Source: a virus
Taxonomy: Duplodnaviria > Heunggongvirae > Uroviricota > Caudoviricetes
IMG/VR virus record: IMGVR_UViG_3300029846_000231
DNA: 31,774 nt
Strand: one strand, 5' to 3'
The position numbers were made by a program, and so were the translations under genes. Below are positions 1-9,299 of this stretch, one piece after another (within the stretch, counting starts at the first letter, position 1; each line of letters opens with the position of its first letter). Under the pieces are notes generated by a model. It searched no databases. It saw only the letters and a list, made by a program, of their open reading frames with translations, and was not told the DNA's origin.

Positions 1-642
1 TTAATCGGACGCTTTTAAATTTTTATTTTTCCCTGCAGAAAAATTAGCTTTCCCGCTGTTTTGCAACTCAACAAGAGGAGATAACCGTCGGTAAACAGCC
101 AAAAGTATCTTTAACTGAACCAGTTCATCTGCCCCCGATAGTTGAACCAAGTTTTTACGTTGTTCTTCACTAAGTGCCATCACAGATTCAAGTGATTTAA
201 CTGCGTCAGAAACAAGTTCAATCTCTTTAATTTGATTCTGTATACGCAGCTTCTCTGATTTCAACTTTGCCCATTCTCTTTGTCGATATGTACGCATCAC
301 CTGATCGTAAACTTTGTTGGCAGCCAGAATACTTCCACCAACAGCAGTAACTAACTCAGCAATCTGCCAAGAGATATCAATAAGAGCAGACAATTCAATA
401 AAGCCAGGAGAGGCATACTGAATTTTTTTCACTACAGGACGTAAATCTGGTGGAGTCGCACTGTAAGCCCCTCTAAAAAAGTTCACTACACTGTGCCCAC
501 CCTCCCAAGGCATTGTTGAATATCCTCTTGATCCTCCTTTTAGGCCATAAAAAAAACCATATAGCTGCAAATACTCTTTCGTTAAGACCGCGAAATCAGC
601 TAACTCCCAACGATTATCAAGCTCAATTATAACTTTTTCCAT
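1..642 (-). CDS. hypothetical protein, 213 aa, AT-rich cargo gene with a coiled-coil-like C-terminal half
   Basis: Complete ORF: ATG at 642, TAA stop at 1-3 (window starts 'tta'). Clearly AT-richer than the adjacent GC-rich phage genes. C-terminal half is heptad-like and charged (EWAKLKSEKLRIQNQIKEIELVSD...). No family recognised. Confidence 0.5.
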   Translation of the reverse strand: MEKVIIELDNRWELADFAVLTKEYLQLYGFFYGLKGGSRGYSTMPWEGGHSVVNFFRGAYSATPPDLRPVVKKIQYASPGFIELSALIDISWQIAELVTAVGGSILAANKVYDQVMRTYRQREWAKLKSEKLRIQNQIKEIELVSDAVKSLESVMALSEEQRKNLVQLSGADELVQLKILLAVYRRLSPLVELQNSGKANFSAGKNKNLKASD

Positions 643-744
643 TTTCCACCAACCTGTCCAACTTTAAAAAGTTACTTTTAAGTATATGATAAACATAGTT
701 TATTAAACGTGATCCACTACTTTTAATGAAGAATATTCCCCAAA

Positions 745-776
745 ACAGAAAGCCCCTCGACTGAGGGGCTTTCTGT
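745..776 (-). terminator. Rho-independent terminator downstream of ogr (symmetric hairpin, possibly bidirectional)
   Basis: Perfect 14-bp stem acagaaagcccctc / gaggggctttctgt with 4-nt loop gact. On the minus strand it is followed by TTTTGGGG, immediately 3' of the ogr stop at 783. Confidence 0.6.
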
Positions 777-782
777 TTGTAA

Positions 783-1001
783 TTACATCCACATAATTTG
801 CTGCCCTGACGGCAACGGGTGCGGCCTCACGGCGTGGACTTCTCCCGGCTTCACGATGTATCGCTGTACCGACTCATAAGTGATGAACGTGGCGCTGCAA
901 TTCACGTTCTGGCACTGGTGATAACGCTCTTTTGTCGTGTCAGTGATATAGCGACTTGTACGCGCATGTGCGGCATGCTGGCATAAAGGACAATGAAACA
1001 T
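783..1001 (-). CDS. ogr: Ogr, zinc-finger activator of late transcription (72 aa)
   Basis: Translation from the internal ATG at 1001 reads MFHCPLCQHAAHARTSRYITDTTKERYHQCQNVNCSATFITYESVQRYIVKPGEVHAVRPHPLPSGQQIMWM, matching P2 Ogr as I remember it, including the C-x2-C...C-x4-C zinc motif. The six-frame ORF begins further upstream (1115), but 72 aa is the P2 length. Confidence 0.9.
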   Translation of the reverse strand: MFHCPLCQHAAHARTSRYITDTTKERYHQCQNVNCSATFITYESVQRYIVKPGEVHAVRPHPLPSGQQIMWM

Positions 1002-1083
1002 CGCGAGCACCTCTTCCGGTTTTGTTGATGTTGCCATTTTAGTTAATTTATCCTTATAAAACAAACAGATAAAATAAAACACA

Positions 1084-2247
1084 TCACTCATCATCTTCGG
1101 TTTCGTACTCCACATCAGAAAGCCTTACCTCAAGCTCTAAGGACGTCGTGAAGCCGCTATTATTCAGAAAATGTGTCACCTTAGTGATTGTCCAGTCCTG
1201 CTCGTCTATGACACGCTTAAAGCCTGACACTTTGACCGGTGTTTCCGTGTAAATATCTGCCCGACCGGTAGCCAGGCTGATGGAGAACTCCGCTACACCC
1301 CGTTGCAGTTTATCCCACTTCGCCTGAGCGGCGCGCATGGCCTGCGCTTTCGTGGCATATACCGTGGTCAGGGCAAAAACGTTGTCAGCCTCACCGGCCA
1401 TGTATTCACCTTCGCGCGCTTCCGGTACTTTTGGCGCTTTCTTCTGCGTGACCGGTTTCGCTTTCGGGTGCTCCAGTGCGCGCAGGTGTTTTTCTTTCTT
1501 TTTGCGTTTCAGTTTTACCTTCTGCTTTTGCGGCTTCGGGTCTTTGGTATGTAACCACTTTGCCGTTACGCCGGTGTAAGCTCCACGGTCAGCAATCGCA
1601 AAATGATGACGGTCGCCGTCGCTGCGGGTGATGGTAATCTGCGGGATTTTTTTACCGCTGGCCGTCACCCCCTGCCCCGCTTTGAGAAACAACAATTTTC
1701 CCATTTTTACCGACACCTCACCGCCGTTGCGTTCAGCAAGGCGGGTCAGGAATTTTGCATCAGACTCCTGCGACTGGTCGATGTGTGGAATTTTTATTCC
1801 GGCCAGTGACGGAGCGACACTGGCTTCCAGCCTGTTACGGGTGGCTATCGCCTTAACAATCGCACCGAGCGTGGTGTCATGCCAGGAGCCTTCCCGGCGG
1901 GAATTGAGCGTCCCGCGAAAATCTGCACTCCGGGCGCGGATGGTGACTACATCCGGTGCGCCCCGGTGTTCAACCTCATCAACGGTAAATTTCCCTTTGC
2001 ATACCAGGGCAAAACCTTTCCAGCCGATATACACCGTCAGGACAGCGCCACGAACCGGCAGCCCGACCTGCCCGTCGGCATCGTTCAGTTCAATATCAAG
2101 CTGGTCAGCCTCAAAGCCCCGGTTATCCGTCAGGGTCATGCTCATCAGACGGTCGCTGATATTGCCGGTAATATCCCTGCTGTCGAGCATCAGCATGTAA
2201 TCCGGCGTCAGCGTACTGCCTGCATCAAATGTCAGCGCATCCAGCAT
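1084..2247 (-). CDS. D: tail protein D (387 aa)
   Basis: 387-aa ORF, the P2 gpD length, in the P2 position between U and ogr, with a lysine-rich central linker. Confidence 0.85.
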   Translation of the reverse strand: MLDALTFDAGSTLTPDYMLMLDSRDITGNISDRLMSMTLTDNRGFEADQLDIELNDADGQVGLPVRGAVLTVYIGWKGFALVCKGKFTVDEVEHRGAPDVVTIRARSADFRGTLNSRREGSWHDTTLGAIVKAIATRNRLEASVAPSLAGIKIPHIDQSQESDAKFLTRLAERNGGEVSVKMGKLLFLKAGQGVTASGKKIPQITITRSDGDRHHFAIADRGAYTGVTAKWLHTKDPKPQKQKVKLKRKKKEKHLRALEHPKAKPVTQKKAPKVPEAREGEYMAGEADNVFALTTVYATKAQAMRAAQAKWDKLQRGVAEFSISLATGRADIYTETPVKVSGFKRVIDEQDWTITKVTHFLNNSGFTTSLELEVRLSDVEYETEDDE

Positions 2248-2726
2248 TATCCCGCCCCCGTCATACCTGTGAATCTGGTCGCCATACTGCCGGCCTTACC
2301 GATGAGCGATTCCGCCTGTTTACCGATATCGCCATAAAGCGCGGCCAGTGATTCATCAACGCGGGTGAGTGACAGCGTAAAATCAATTTTCCTGGGTGTG
2401 CCGTCTGCAAAGAAAATACTCCCTGTTTCACTCACCCTGCTGATGACATACATGCCGTAAATCATGCCGGTGCCATCCAGCAACGGCCACGCCCGCCCCT
2501 CCTCTGCCATCAGCCTGAGCGTGGTCATCGTCAGCTTGCCGCCGGTCAGTTCGGGATAAAGCACACCGGCCAGCGTGATGTTTTCCTCACCCACACCGAG
2601 AAACTGAAAAGCGTCCCGTTTACCGATACGGGAATTTGACGGCCAGCGATAATCTGATTCACGCTGCATGGTCTGGTGTGGCAGCGTCTGGCGCATAAAA
2701 ACAAACATACCTAACGCGAGCATCAT
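2247..2726 (-). CDS. U: tail protein U (159 aa)
   Basis: 159 aa, the P2 gpU length; its start overlaps the D stop (coupled); position between T and D. Confidence 0.85.
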   Translation of the reverse strand: MMLALGMFVFMRQTLPHQTMQRESDYRWPSNSRIGKRDAFQFLGVGEENITLAGVLYPELTGGKLTMTTLRLMAEEGRAWPLLDGTGMIYGMYVISRVSETGSIFFADGTPRKIDFTLSLTRVDESLAALYGDIGKQAESLIGKAGSMATRFTGMTGAG

Positions 2727-2740
2727 TTTTCGTCACCTCC

Positions 2741-5188
2741 TTAACCGTCATGCATCATGCTGGCACGAGCGCGCGCACGTTTATCCCGCTCGTATTTTTC
2801 GAGCGCATCCTGTAACTGGCGGTCAAGCTGTGTCCCCGGCGCAGTGCCACCCGTCAGGCTGATGTGATATTCGTTTTTACTCTGGTCCACATAAGAGCGG
2901 CCAGCCGGTGCCGTGACCGGCTGATAAGCCTGATAGCCTGCATAAGAGCTGGTCGCCGGAATATAACCACCGCTGCCATACGTGGCGGCTTGAGTTCTGG
3001 TGGCGGTCTGGTCAAGTGTGTCTGACTCTTTGTTGATAACACCGAGTTTTTCCAGTACCCAGTCAATACCACTGCGCAGTTTGTTGAACGCATTAAGCGG
3101 CAGCATCAGCGCGTCAGCCAGTGCCTGCCCGAACATGACCCCCGTGTCACGGCAACGGTTCAGGGTGTCCTGAGTGGCTTTGACCGGGGCAATCAGGTTT
3201 TTAAACCACTGCCACGCGGCCTGTAACTTTTCACCCAGCCAGTCAAACACCGGCTTAAGTGGCGTGAACAGTTCCCCCACCGGCGCAAATGCCACTTTCA
3301 GCCCTTCAACCACACCGCCAAAGAATGCGCTGACAGGCTCCCAGTATTTACGGATAAGCAACGCCCCGGCGACAATGGCAGCCACCACAGCCACAACCGG
3401 CCAGCTAATAGCCCCGATGGCGGTCATAACAGCACTGCCAACCGTCGTGAAGATTGCCCCCATTGCGCCTGCTGCCGCGATGATGGCATTGATGCCGGTG
3501 ATAACCGGCCAGGCTACAAGACCAATTGTACCGATGATGCCAATCAGCGCCAGCGCGCCACCGGCAATGAGGCCAATGGTTGACGCCAGTGATTTGTTTT
3601 TCTGGATCCAGCCGTCGAGTTTTAACACATACTTTGTGGCCGTCTGCGTGAGCTTACGTAGTGCGCCTTCCTGCTGGTCAAACAGGTCAGTCCCCACCGC
3701 CTCATAAGCGGACTGAAACTCCTTAAAGTCACCGCCGAGGTTGTCCTGCATGATATTTACCAGCTCTGCGGTCTTCCCGTCTGAGGCTTTAAACGCAGCG
3801 GTCAGTTTGTCCAGCTTTCCGGTTGAGGCGGCAGTCATCAGCACGGCGGCTGCTGAACTGGCCTCCTCACCGAAAATGGTTTTCATGTATTCAGCCTGCT
3901 GGGCAGTACCGAGCCGGTTTTTCTCAAAACTGGCCTGCATTTCTTTCAGAATGGTAAATATTGGTCGGGTATTCCCCTTGCTGTCTGAGGTTTTCACTCC
4001 AAGCTCTTTGAGTGCATCCCATGCTTTTCCCGTCGGTGCCTGCAGGCGACTTAACACGGCACGGCTTCCCGTCCCCGCCATTGAGCCTGTGATTTTTGCA
4101 TCATGCAGCGCCCCGACCATTGCGGCGGTTTCTTCAATGCTGACACCGGCATTTTTTGCCACAGGTGCGGCATAGGTCAGCGCATCGCTCATGCCGTCAA
4201 AATCGGCGGCGGTTTTGTTCATCGTCATGGAGAGAACATCCCCGATATGAGCGACCTTATCGTTTGAAAGCTGAAAGGCGGATTTCATCCCCATCAACAG
4301 GGCGGCGTTTTCTTCCATCGTGCGACGGTTCGCCAGCGCCATATTCAGCGTGACCGGCGTTGCCGCCTGAATGGCATCAACATCCCCACCGGCTTTTGCA
4401 ATGATAATCTGCGCACCGGCTGCATCATCCGCCGAGGCGGCGGTGTTGTCGCCGAGCTGGCGCGCCTGTTTGCGGAGCGCGGCCATTTCGGCGGAGTCTT
4501 TTGCCACTCCGAGCACAGCCTGTAATTCTGAGTTTTTCTGCGCAAACTCATAACCGGGCATCAGCAGCTTAACTCCGGCCATCGTTCCCGCCGCCGCAAT
4601 CCCCACACCGGCAGCGCCCACTGAGGCCATATTTCCGGCCAGTTCCTTGCCGGCCTGATAACGCTGTTTGACTGCGTTAAGTTTTGCCTGTTGCGCACTG
4701 ACACGCGCCAGCGCGTCACGCTGCCGGTTAAGCTGGGCAGTGGTTTCACTGATACGGTTTTTCAGTCCCTGCTCATCATGTGCAAGATTGCGGGTATTAA
4801 TTCCCACAGCGGCCAGTTCCCGCTGCTGGCGTTTAACGGAATCCGTCAGGCGGTTATATTTCGCCTGTAAGTCCTCCGCCGCACGCTTTGCGGATTCCAG
4901 CACTTTCGCCTGAGCACGGGTCGGACGTTCGGTGTTTTTAAACTGTGTGGCAAGGGCTTCGGCTTCCTGTCGAGCCTTTTCAAGTGCATGACCAGTCACG
5001 GCGAGCTGTGCACTGGTCTTGCGAAATCCCTCAATACGGGATGCCTGACCGTTCAGCTCGCGCAGTGATTTTTGTGTTTCCCGGATATCCCCCGACAGCG
5101 ATTTGCTCGCTGTGCGGATGGATTTAAACGGGCGGGATGCCTGGTCAACAGCCCTGAGCAATACCTGTAATTTTACATTGTTACTCAT
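2741..5188 (-). CDS. T: tail tape-measure protein T (815 aa)
   Basis: 815 aa, the P2 gpT length; coiled-coil N-terminal part and Gly/Ala-rich hydrophobic central segments typical of tape-measure proteins; follows E/E'. Confidence 0.9.
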   Translation of the reverse strand: MSNNVKLQVLLRAVDQASRPFKSIRTASKSLSGDIRETQKSLRELNGQASRIEGFRKTSAQLAVTGHALEKARQEAEALATQFKNTERPTRAQAKVLESAKRAAEDLQAKYNRLTDSVKRQQRELAAVGINTRNLAHDEQGLKNRISETTAQLNRQRDALARVSAQQAKLNAVKQRYQAGKELAGNMASVGAAGVGIAAAGTMAGVKLLMPGYEFAQKNSELQAVLGVAKDSAEMAALRKQARQLGDNTAASADDAAGAQIIIAKAGGDVDAIQAATPVTLNMALANRRTMEENAALLMGMKSAFQLSNDKVAHIGDVLSMTMNKTAADFDGMSDALTYAAPVAKNAGVSIEETAAMVGALHDAKITGSMAGTGSRAVLSRLQAPTGKAWDALKELGVKTSDSKGNTRPIFTILKEMQASFEKNRLGTAQQAEYMKTIFGEEASSAAAVLMTAASTGKLDKLTAAFKASDGKTAELVNIMQDNLGGDFKEFQSAYEAVGTDLFDQQEGALRKLTQTATKYVLKLDGWIQKNKSLASTIGLIAGGALALIGIIGTIGLVAWPVITGINAIIAAAGAMGAIFTTVGSAVMTAIGAISWPVVAVVAAIVAGALLIRKYWEPVSAFFGGVVEGLKVAFAPVGELFTPLKPVFDWLGEKLQAAWQWFKNLIAPVKATQDTLNRCRDTGVMFGQALADALMLPLNAFNKLRSGIDWVLEKLGVINKESDTLDQTATRTQAATYGSGGYIPATSSYAGYQAYQPVTAPAGRSYVDQSKNEYHISLTGGTAPGTQLDRQLQDALEKYERDKRARARASMMHDG

Positions 5189-5608
5189 TCGTGTTTCCGC
5201 TTCGCCGGAGCGCCTTTTCGCGCCATGTGATGAGTTCGGTCAGGCTCATGGGATACAGTTCTGATGGCGGCCAGTGAAATATCACTGCCACATCCGCCAT
5301 CAGGTCATCGACCGAGAGATTTTTCGGAAACGTCACTGCACCGAGTTCGGCGACAAAAAACCGACCACCTTACCGGCCAGCGCCACAAGGTCAGGCAGTT
5401 CCAGCGCGGCGACTTCCTGCTCGGTCAGCATCGGTGCCGTCATGCGCGGCAGCACTTTAATCAGTGCATCGACTTCGGAGTTCGCGACTGCAGCCAGACT
5501 GACACCGCGCAGCGTCCCGGCATTGGGTTTCATCAGCGTGATCTGTTCGATAACCTGCTCACCACGTTTGACCGGATTGTCCAGGGTAATGACGTTTTCT
5601 TTGTTCAT
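5181..5608 (-). CDS. E: tail assembly chaperone E+E' made by programmed -1 frameshift
   Basis: After a -1 slip at T_TTT_TTG the -1 frame stays open for 56 codons (VAELGAVTFPKNLSVDDLMADVAVIFHWPPSELYPMSLTELITWREKALRRSGNTNE) to TAA at 5181-5183, overlapping the T start. Total length about 142 aa, the P2 E+E' size. Confidence 0.8.
5333..5608 (-). CDS. E: tail assembly chaperone E (91 aa, zero-frame product)
   Basis: 91-aa ORF between FII and T, matching P2 gpE length and position. Confidence 0.85.
   Translation of the reverse strand: MNKENVITLDNPVKRGEQVIEQITLMKPNAGTLRGVSLAAVANSEVDALIKVLPRMTAPMLTEQEVAALELPDLVALAGKVVGFLSPNSVQ
5354..5360 (-). other. -1 ribosomal frameshift slippery heptamer T_TTT_TTG
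   Basis: Minus-strand sequence GGT TTT TTG TCG lies in the E zero frame six codons before the E stop; this is the canonical tail-chaperone G/GT-type frameshift arrangement. Confidence 0.8.
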
Positions 5609-5664
5609 GGTTTTCTCACTTCTGAATCGGGGTTAACCGGTCAGCCAGGCTAACCGGATGAAAA

Positions 5665-6183
5665 TCACAGGCCGATATTGCGGCGGTGTTGCTCCAGCCG
5701 GTCGACGCCGTTCACCTTCTCAATCATGTTGATGGTGTCGATTTCGACCAGCTCCTTACCGTCCATCGTCAGCCGGAAATAGGTGCAGACCACGGAGATT
5801 TTCGACTCGGTGTCTTCTCCCTGTTTGCCCTCGCCGGTGTCGATTTCTTTCTGACGTCCACGCATGACCACCTCGACGGCCACCGTTTCGCCGGTATCGT
5901 CGCGCTGGTAAGAGCCTGCAAAACGAATCGGTACGGCATCCACACCGGTTGCGGCGTAAAGCTCCCAGATAACCGAATCCGGGAAGCCACCGAGCGACCA
6001 CTCCATTGACAGCGCATCGTCATCAAGGCCGAGGTCTACCGGTGCGCTGCCGTTCATCCCCGCACCGCGATAGTTTTCGAGCTTACGGGTCAGTTTTGGC
6101 AGCGTGACGGACTTCGCGACGCCCTGATAGCTGTAGCCGTTCAGAAAGACGTTCATTAACTTGAGTTTGCGCGGCATTGCCAT
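5665..6183 (-). CDS. FII: tail tube protein FII (172 aa)
   Basis: 172 aa, the P2 gpFII length; immediately downstream of FI. Confidence 0.9.
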   Translation of the reverse strand: MAMPRKLKLMNVFLNGYSYQGVAKSVTLPKLTRKLENYRGAGMNGSAPVDLGLDDDALSMEWSLGGFPDSVIWELYAATGVDAVPIRFAGSYQRDDTGETVAVEVVMRGRQKEIDTGEGKQGEDTESKISVVCTYFRLTMDGKELVEIDTINMIEKVNGVDRLEQHRRNIGL

Positions 6184-6195
6184 CGGTCAGGCTCC

Positions 6196-7386
6196 TTAAT
6201 TGCTGTTAACCGAGGTGACCAGATTTGCCAGGTATTTATCGGTAATACGCTGGCGCAGGGTCAGGTTTTCAAGAGGAGGCACCGGTGTATAGTCGTAGTC
6301 GATATACAGTTTTCCGGCCTTGAGGGTTTCCGCATCGTTGGATTCTTCGCTGAACCAGCAGGTCGCATCCACAATATAGCCGTTTGTTTTCAGCTCACGG
6401 AATTTGGCATTGATGCCGTCAACGATGTCGCGAATCAGCGTTGCAGTGATGGGCTTGTCCACAGCCCACATGTGCGCCTCAGCCATCGTGTCGGCCAGCA
6501 CCTGCGCGGTGCGGGTGTAGTTTTCAAAGAGGAACAGCGGGTCATCAGAGCAGGTACGGTTACCCCAGAAGCGGAAACCGTCACGGCGAATCAGCGTTGT
6601 GACACCTGACTCGTTCAACAGGTCAGCATCAGTGCCGGACTCCTGCAAATCCCAGAATACAGAGGCACTGATGCCGGTAACACCGTTTACCCCGACATTG
6701 GACAGCGTTTTATGCCAGCCCTGCTCCTGGTCGATTTTAGCGCGCAGACCCAGCGCACGGGCGGTGGCATACGCGGTGGCGGTGGTGCTGCTGACCGTAT
6801 CCCATGCGAGGAAATCCGGCCAGATGACCATCAGCTCACGCTGGCTGAAATTCTGGCGGTAGGCTTTCACCTCGGAAATGGTTTTACAGCCCCATGCGCT
6901 GATATACCCGAAAGCGCGCAGCTTCTGACAGACTGATGCCAGTGCAACAGCCACCTCTTTGGTGTCCAGTCCCGGCACGCCGAGAATACGCGGTTTAACA
7001 CCGGTTACCGACTCTGCCGCCAGCAGGGCTTTCAGTCCGGTATACTGACCGTTTTCGTCAGTGGTGCCGATGATATTGGAAACGGTCTGCGCGAGTTTCG
7101 TTTCTTCGTCGTCGCCGGTGCCGTCTTCAACACGCACGACAACGGTAACCGGTTTTGACTGGTCAGCGATGGCCTGCAACGATGCCGCCAGCGTGCCTTT
7201 TTTACCGGCCTTTGCAATTGCGCTCTGCACATTGGTAATCAGCACCGGTTTATTGAGGGGGAAGGTTTCCGCATCCGCATCGCTGGCCGTACAGACCATG
7301 CCGACAATGGCAGTGGATACGGTGGAAATGACGCGGGTGCCGTCGTTAATCTCCAGCACCTGCACGCCGTGATGATAGTCACTCAT
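6196..7386 (-). CDS. FI: contractile tail sheath protein FI (396 aa)
   Basis: 396 aa, the P2 gpFI length; first gene of the FI-FII-E-T-U-D late operon. Confidence 0.9.
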   Translation of the reverse strand: MSDYHHGVQVLEINDGTRVISTVSTAIVGMVCTASDADAETFPLNKPVLITNVQSAIAKAGKKGTLAASLQAIADQSKPVTVVVRVEDGTGDDEETKLAQTVSNIIGTTDENGQYTGLKALLAAESVTGVKPRILGVPGLDTKEVAVALASVCQKLRAFGYISAWGCKTISEVKAYRQNFSQRELMVIWPDFLAWDTVSSTTATAYATARALGLRAKIDQEQGWHKTLSNVGVNGVTGISASVFWDLQESGTDADLLNESGVTTLIRRDGFRFWGNRTCSDDPLFLFENYTRTAQVLADTMAEAHMWAVDKPITATLIRDIVDGINAKFRELKTNGYIVDATCWFSEESNDAETLKAGKLYIDYDYTPVPPLENLTLRQRITDKYLANLVTSVNSN

Positions 7387-7445
7387 CCGTTTAACTCCGT
7401 GGTTAATGGGTGAGTGGTATTTTCAGTTGTGCCGGAGATGTCAGG

Positions 7446-8039
7446 CTATTTGTCCCGGTTGGCTAAGGGATGACACAATTTATTCTTTGTCGCTGATGAG
7501 GGGAATTTTTTATAGAGCGTGGACAGGCCAATATCAAAAATCAGCGCCACGCGTTGACGTGATTCACCCGCAGCCAGCAACCGTCCTGCCTGTTCCCACT
7601 CACTCGCGGTGAGCTTCGGACGTCTGCCACCAATACGACCTTTGGCTCTGGCCGCTTCCAGTCCGGCGCGAGTCCGCTCGACAATGAGTTCTCGTTCCAT
7701 TTCAGCCAGGGCACCCATCACATGAAAGAAAAAACGTCCCATCGGCGTGCTGGTATCAATGGCATCCGTCAGGCTGCGAAAATTAATGCCGCGTTCGCGC
7801 AGCTCCTCAACCAGAATAACCAGATGCCGCATACTACGCCCCAGCCGGTCCAGCTTCCAGACTACCAGTGTATCCCCCTCCGATAATGTCCTGAGCAGTT
7901 TTTTCAGTCCCGGCCTGTCGGACTTCGTGCCGCTGATTTTATCCTCAAAAATCAGCTCACATCCTGCACACTCCAGCGCGTTACGCTGCAATTCCGTATT
8001 CTGGTCATTTGTTGACACGCGGACATAGCCAATAAGCAT
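7446..8039 (-). CDS. serine-recombinase DNA invertase, Gin/Cin/Hin/Pin family (197 aa)
   Basis: N-terminus MLIGYVRVSTNDQNTELQRNAL with the catalytic Ser in RVSTNDQ, plus VVWKLDRLGRSM and MGRFFFHVMGALAEMERELI, which I recognise as near-identical to Mu Gin. Sits directly beside an invertible tail-fibre segment. Confidence 0.9.
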   Translation of the reverse strand: MLIGYVRVSTNDQNTELQRNALECAGCELIFEDKISGTKSDRPGLKKLLRTLSEGDTLVVWKLDRLGRSMRHLVILVEELRERGINFRSLTDAIDTSTPMGRFFFHVMGALAEMERELIVERTRAGLEAARAKGRIGGRRPKLTASEWEQAGRLLAAGESRQRVALIFDIGLSTLYKKFPSSATKNKLCHPLANRDK

Positions 8040-8094
8040 GATGGATCCCCTGAATAAAAACCGGGGATGATGCCAGTTAGCCGTAATCTCTGCA

Positions 8095-8120
8095 TTTTCT
8101 TAAACGTTGGTTTGGGAGAA
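8095..8120. repeat. candidate gix/hix-like invertase crossover site (left end of invertible segment)
   Basis: 26-bp 12-2-12 site ttttcttaaacg-tt-ggtttgggagaa. The reverse complement of its right half, TTCTCCCAAACC, resembles the Gin/Hin half-site consensus TTATCAAAAACC. It lies at the start of the silent fibre cassette, at the shared GLG codons. Confidence 0.55.
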
Positions 8121-8480
8121 GCGGCAAAACGGGGGGTGGGAACAGGGGAAAATCAGATACCGGACATGGCTTCATTTAGTGGGGTGAGGGATTATTACGG
8201 AAAACAACTTTTGCCAGGAGGGTTGATACTTCAGTGGCTGACGATTCCATCAAGTGCAGCAGCCAAAGCTGTAACACTGAATAATGGTAATTATCAGCTG
8301 TCAGGCTATAAATGGCCCCAGTCATTTGGTGTCCTGTTTGCTGTGTTTGCTACAAAAGTTTCTGGCTCGACTAACGAAGCATATGCAATCTCAGTTAATC
8401 GTCACTCTACCGATGTAATTGTCACCTGGAATGCCCGTAAGGCTGATGATGTCCACATTTTAGGAATTGGGAAATTATGA
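8109..8480 (+). CDS. silent alternative tail-fibre C-terminal cassette (expressed only after inversion)
   Basis: Frame begins with [23 protein letters not shown], paralogous to residues 277-299 of H (GLGTAAKKDVGTGTGQVPDMSSF), then diverges. No independent promoter or RBS is expected. Confidence 0.65.
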   Translation, partial: GLGEAAKRGVGTGENQIPDMASFSGVRDYYGKQLLPGGLILQWLTIPSSAAAKAVTLNNGNYQLSGYKWPQSFGVLFAVFATKVSGSTNEAYAISVNRHSTDVIVTWNARKADDVHILGIGKL

Positions 8481-8896
8481 AAATGAAATGGTCCCCATCT
8501 GTTCAGGGATTTTTCTCTGAAAATAACAGCGATATTCCCGATGATGCTTTCGATATTGAAGATGCTCTTTATTATGAACTTATGAATGGTCAGAGTACGG
8601 GGAAAATTATTATCAATAACCCGGATAACTACCCTGTACTTACTGAATATCCAGCGAAGACACAGGAACAGGAAATAGCTGAAGCGGAGGGAATGAAAAG
8701 TATACTTATTGAACAGGCCAACGAATACATGAACAGTAAGCAATGGCCTGGTAAAGCCGCTATTGGTCGTCTGAAAGGTGAGGAACTGGCGCAATATAAT
8801 TTGTGGCTGGATTATCTGGACGCACTGGAACTGGTTGATACCTCCAGTGCTCCAGATATTGAATGGCCTACGCCTCCGGCAGTTCAGGCCAGATGA
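8477..8896 (+). CDS. alternative tail-fibre assembly chaperone (Tfa-like), cognate to the silent cassette
   Basis: 139 aa, start overlaps the cassette stop (ATGA). C-terminus [16 protein letters not shown] is paralogous to the C-terminus of the active Tfa ([15 protein letters not shown]). Confidence 0.65.
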   Translation: MKMKWSPSVQGFFSENNSDIPDDAFDIEDALYYELMNGQSTGKIIINNPDNYPVLTEYPAKTQEQEIAEAEGMKSILIEQANEYMNSKQWPGKAAIGRLKGEELAQYNLWLDYLDALELVDTSSAPDIEWPTPPAVQAR

Positions 8897-9299
8897 CATC
8901 CGGCGCAGGGGAAGTATCTACCGCTTCCAATTTCTTGGCATAACTCCGCCAGGCTATGAGCCTGGCTTTATCTGCATCGCTGATAATTCCGAGCAGTAAA
9001 TCAGTCTGCCATTCACGAACAGCTTCCGCAGATTCGGCCATTAGCTGCGCTTTTTGGTTTTCTGCCTCCTGCACTGCGATAGCGTGAAGCTCATCATCTG
9101 TTGGAGGCGGAATATCTTCCCACGCAGGCAAACCATCAGCACCCGGCACACGTCGCTTCCCGTCGTTTTCTCCGATAAAAAATTCTGCAAAAATCTCGTT
9201 CGAAACAGGGACGGCATCAGTAAATGCGTCTGTTTTCAGTAAAGTACTTCCTGCAGCAATGAACACATTCTTTTTTGCGCTGTAATAGTAACTGGTCAT
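8868..9299 (-). CDS. G: tail-fibre assembly protein (Tfa, P2 gpG-like), active orientation
   Basis: 143 aa immediately downstream of H, with the conserved Tfa C-terminal motif; converges on the alternative tfa with a 29-nt overlap. Confidence 0.75.
   Translation of the reverse strand: MTSYYYSAKKNVFIAAGSTLLKTDAFTDAVPVSNEIFAEFFIGENDGKRRVPGADGLPAWEDIPPPTDDELHAIAVQEAENQKAQLMAESAEAVREWQTDLLLGIISDADKARLIAWRSYAKKLEAVDTSPAPDVIWPELPEA

Noticed and set aside
1303-2337. Several plus-strand ORFs of 68-190 aa (1303-1554, 1337-1579, 1603-1809, 1628-2200, 1879-2337) overlapping gene D
   Set aside because: Antisense to a well-supported P2-like gene, in GC-rich sequence where long spurious ORFs are expected; odd amino-acid composition (Arg/Ser/Pro/Cys-rich).
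3174-5127. Plus-strand ORFs inside the tape-measure gene T (for example 3174-3707, 3741-4175)
   Set aside because: Antisense shadow ORFs of a GC-rich gene; no RBS context; low-complexity Ala/Thr/Pro translations.
7747-8028. 93-aa plus-strand ORF inside the invertase gene
   Set aside because: Fully antisense to the highly conserved Gin-like invertase; Ser/Arg-rich translation.
8402-8899. 165-aa minus-strand ORF spanning the silent fibre cassette and alternative tfa
   Set aside because: Antisense to paralogous, clearly coding plus-strand cassettes; its translation is Phe/Ile-rich, typical of AT-rich antisense frames.
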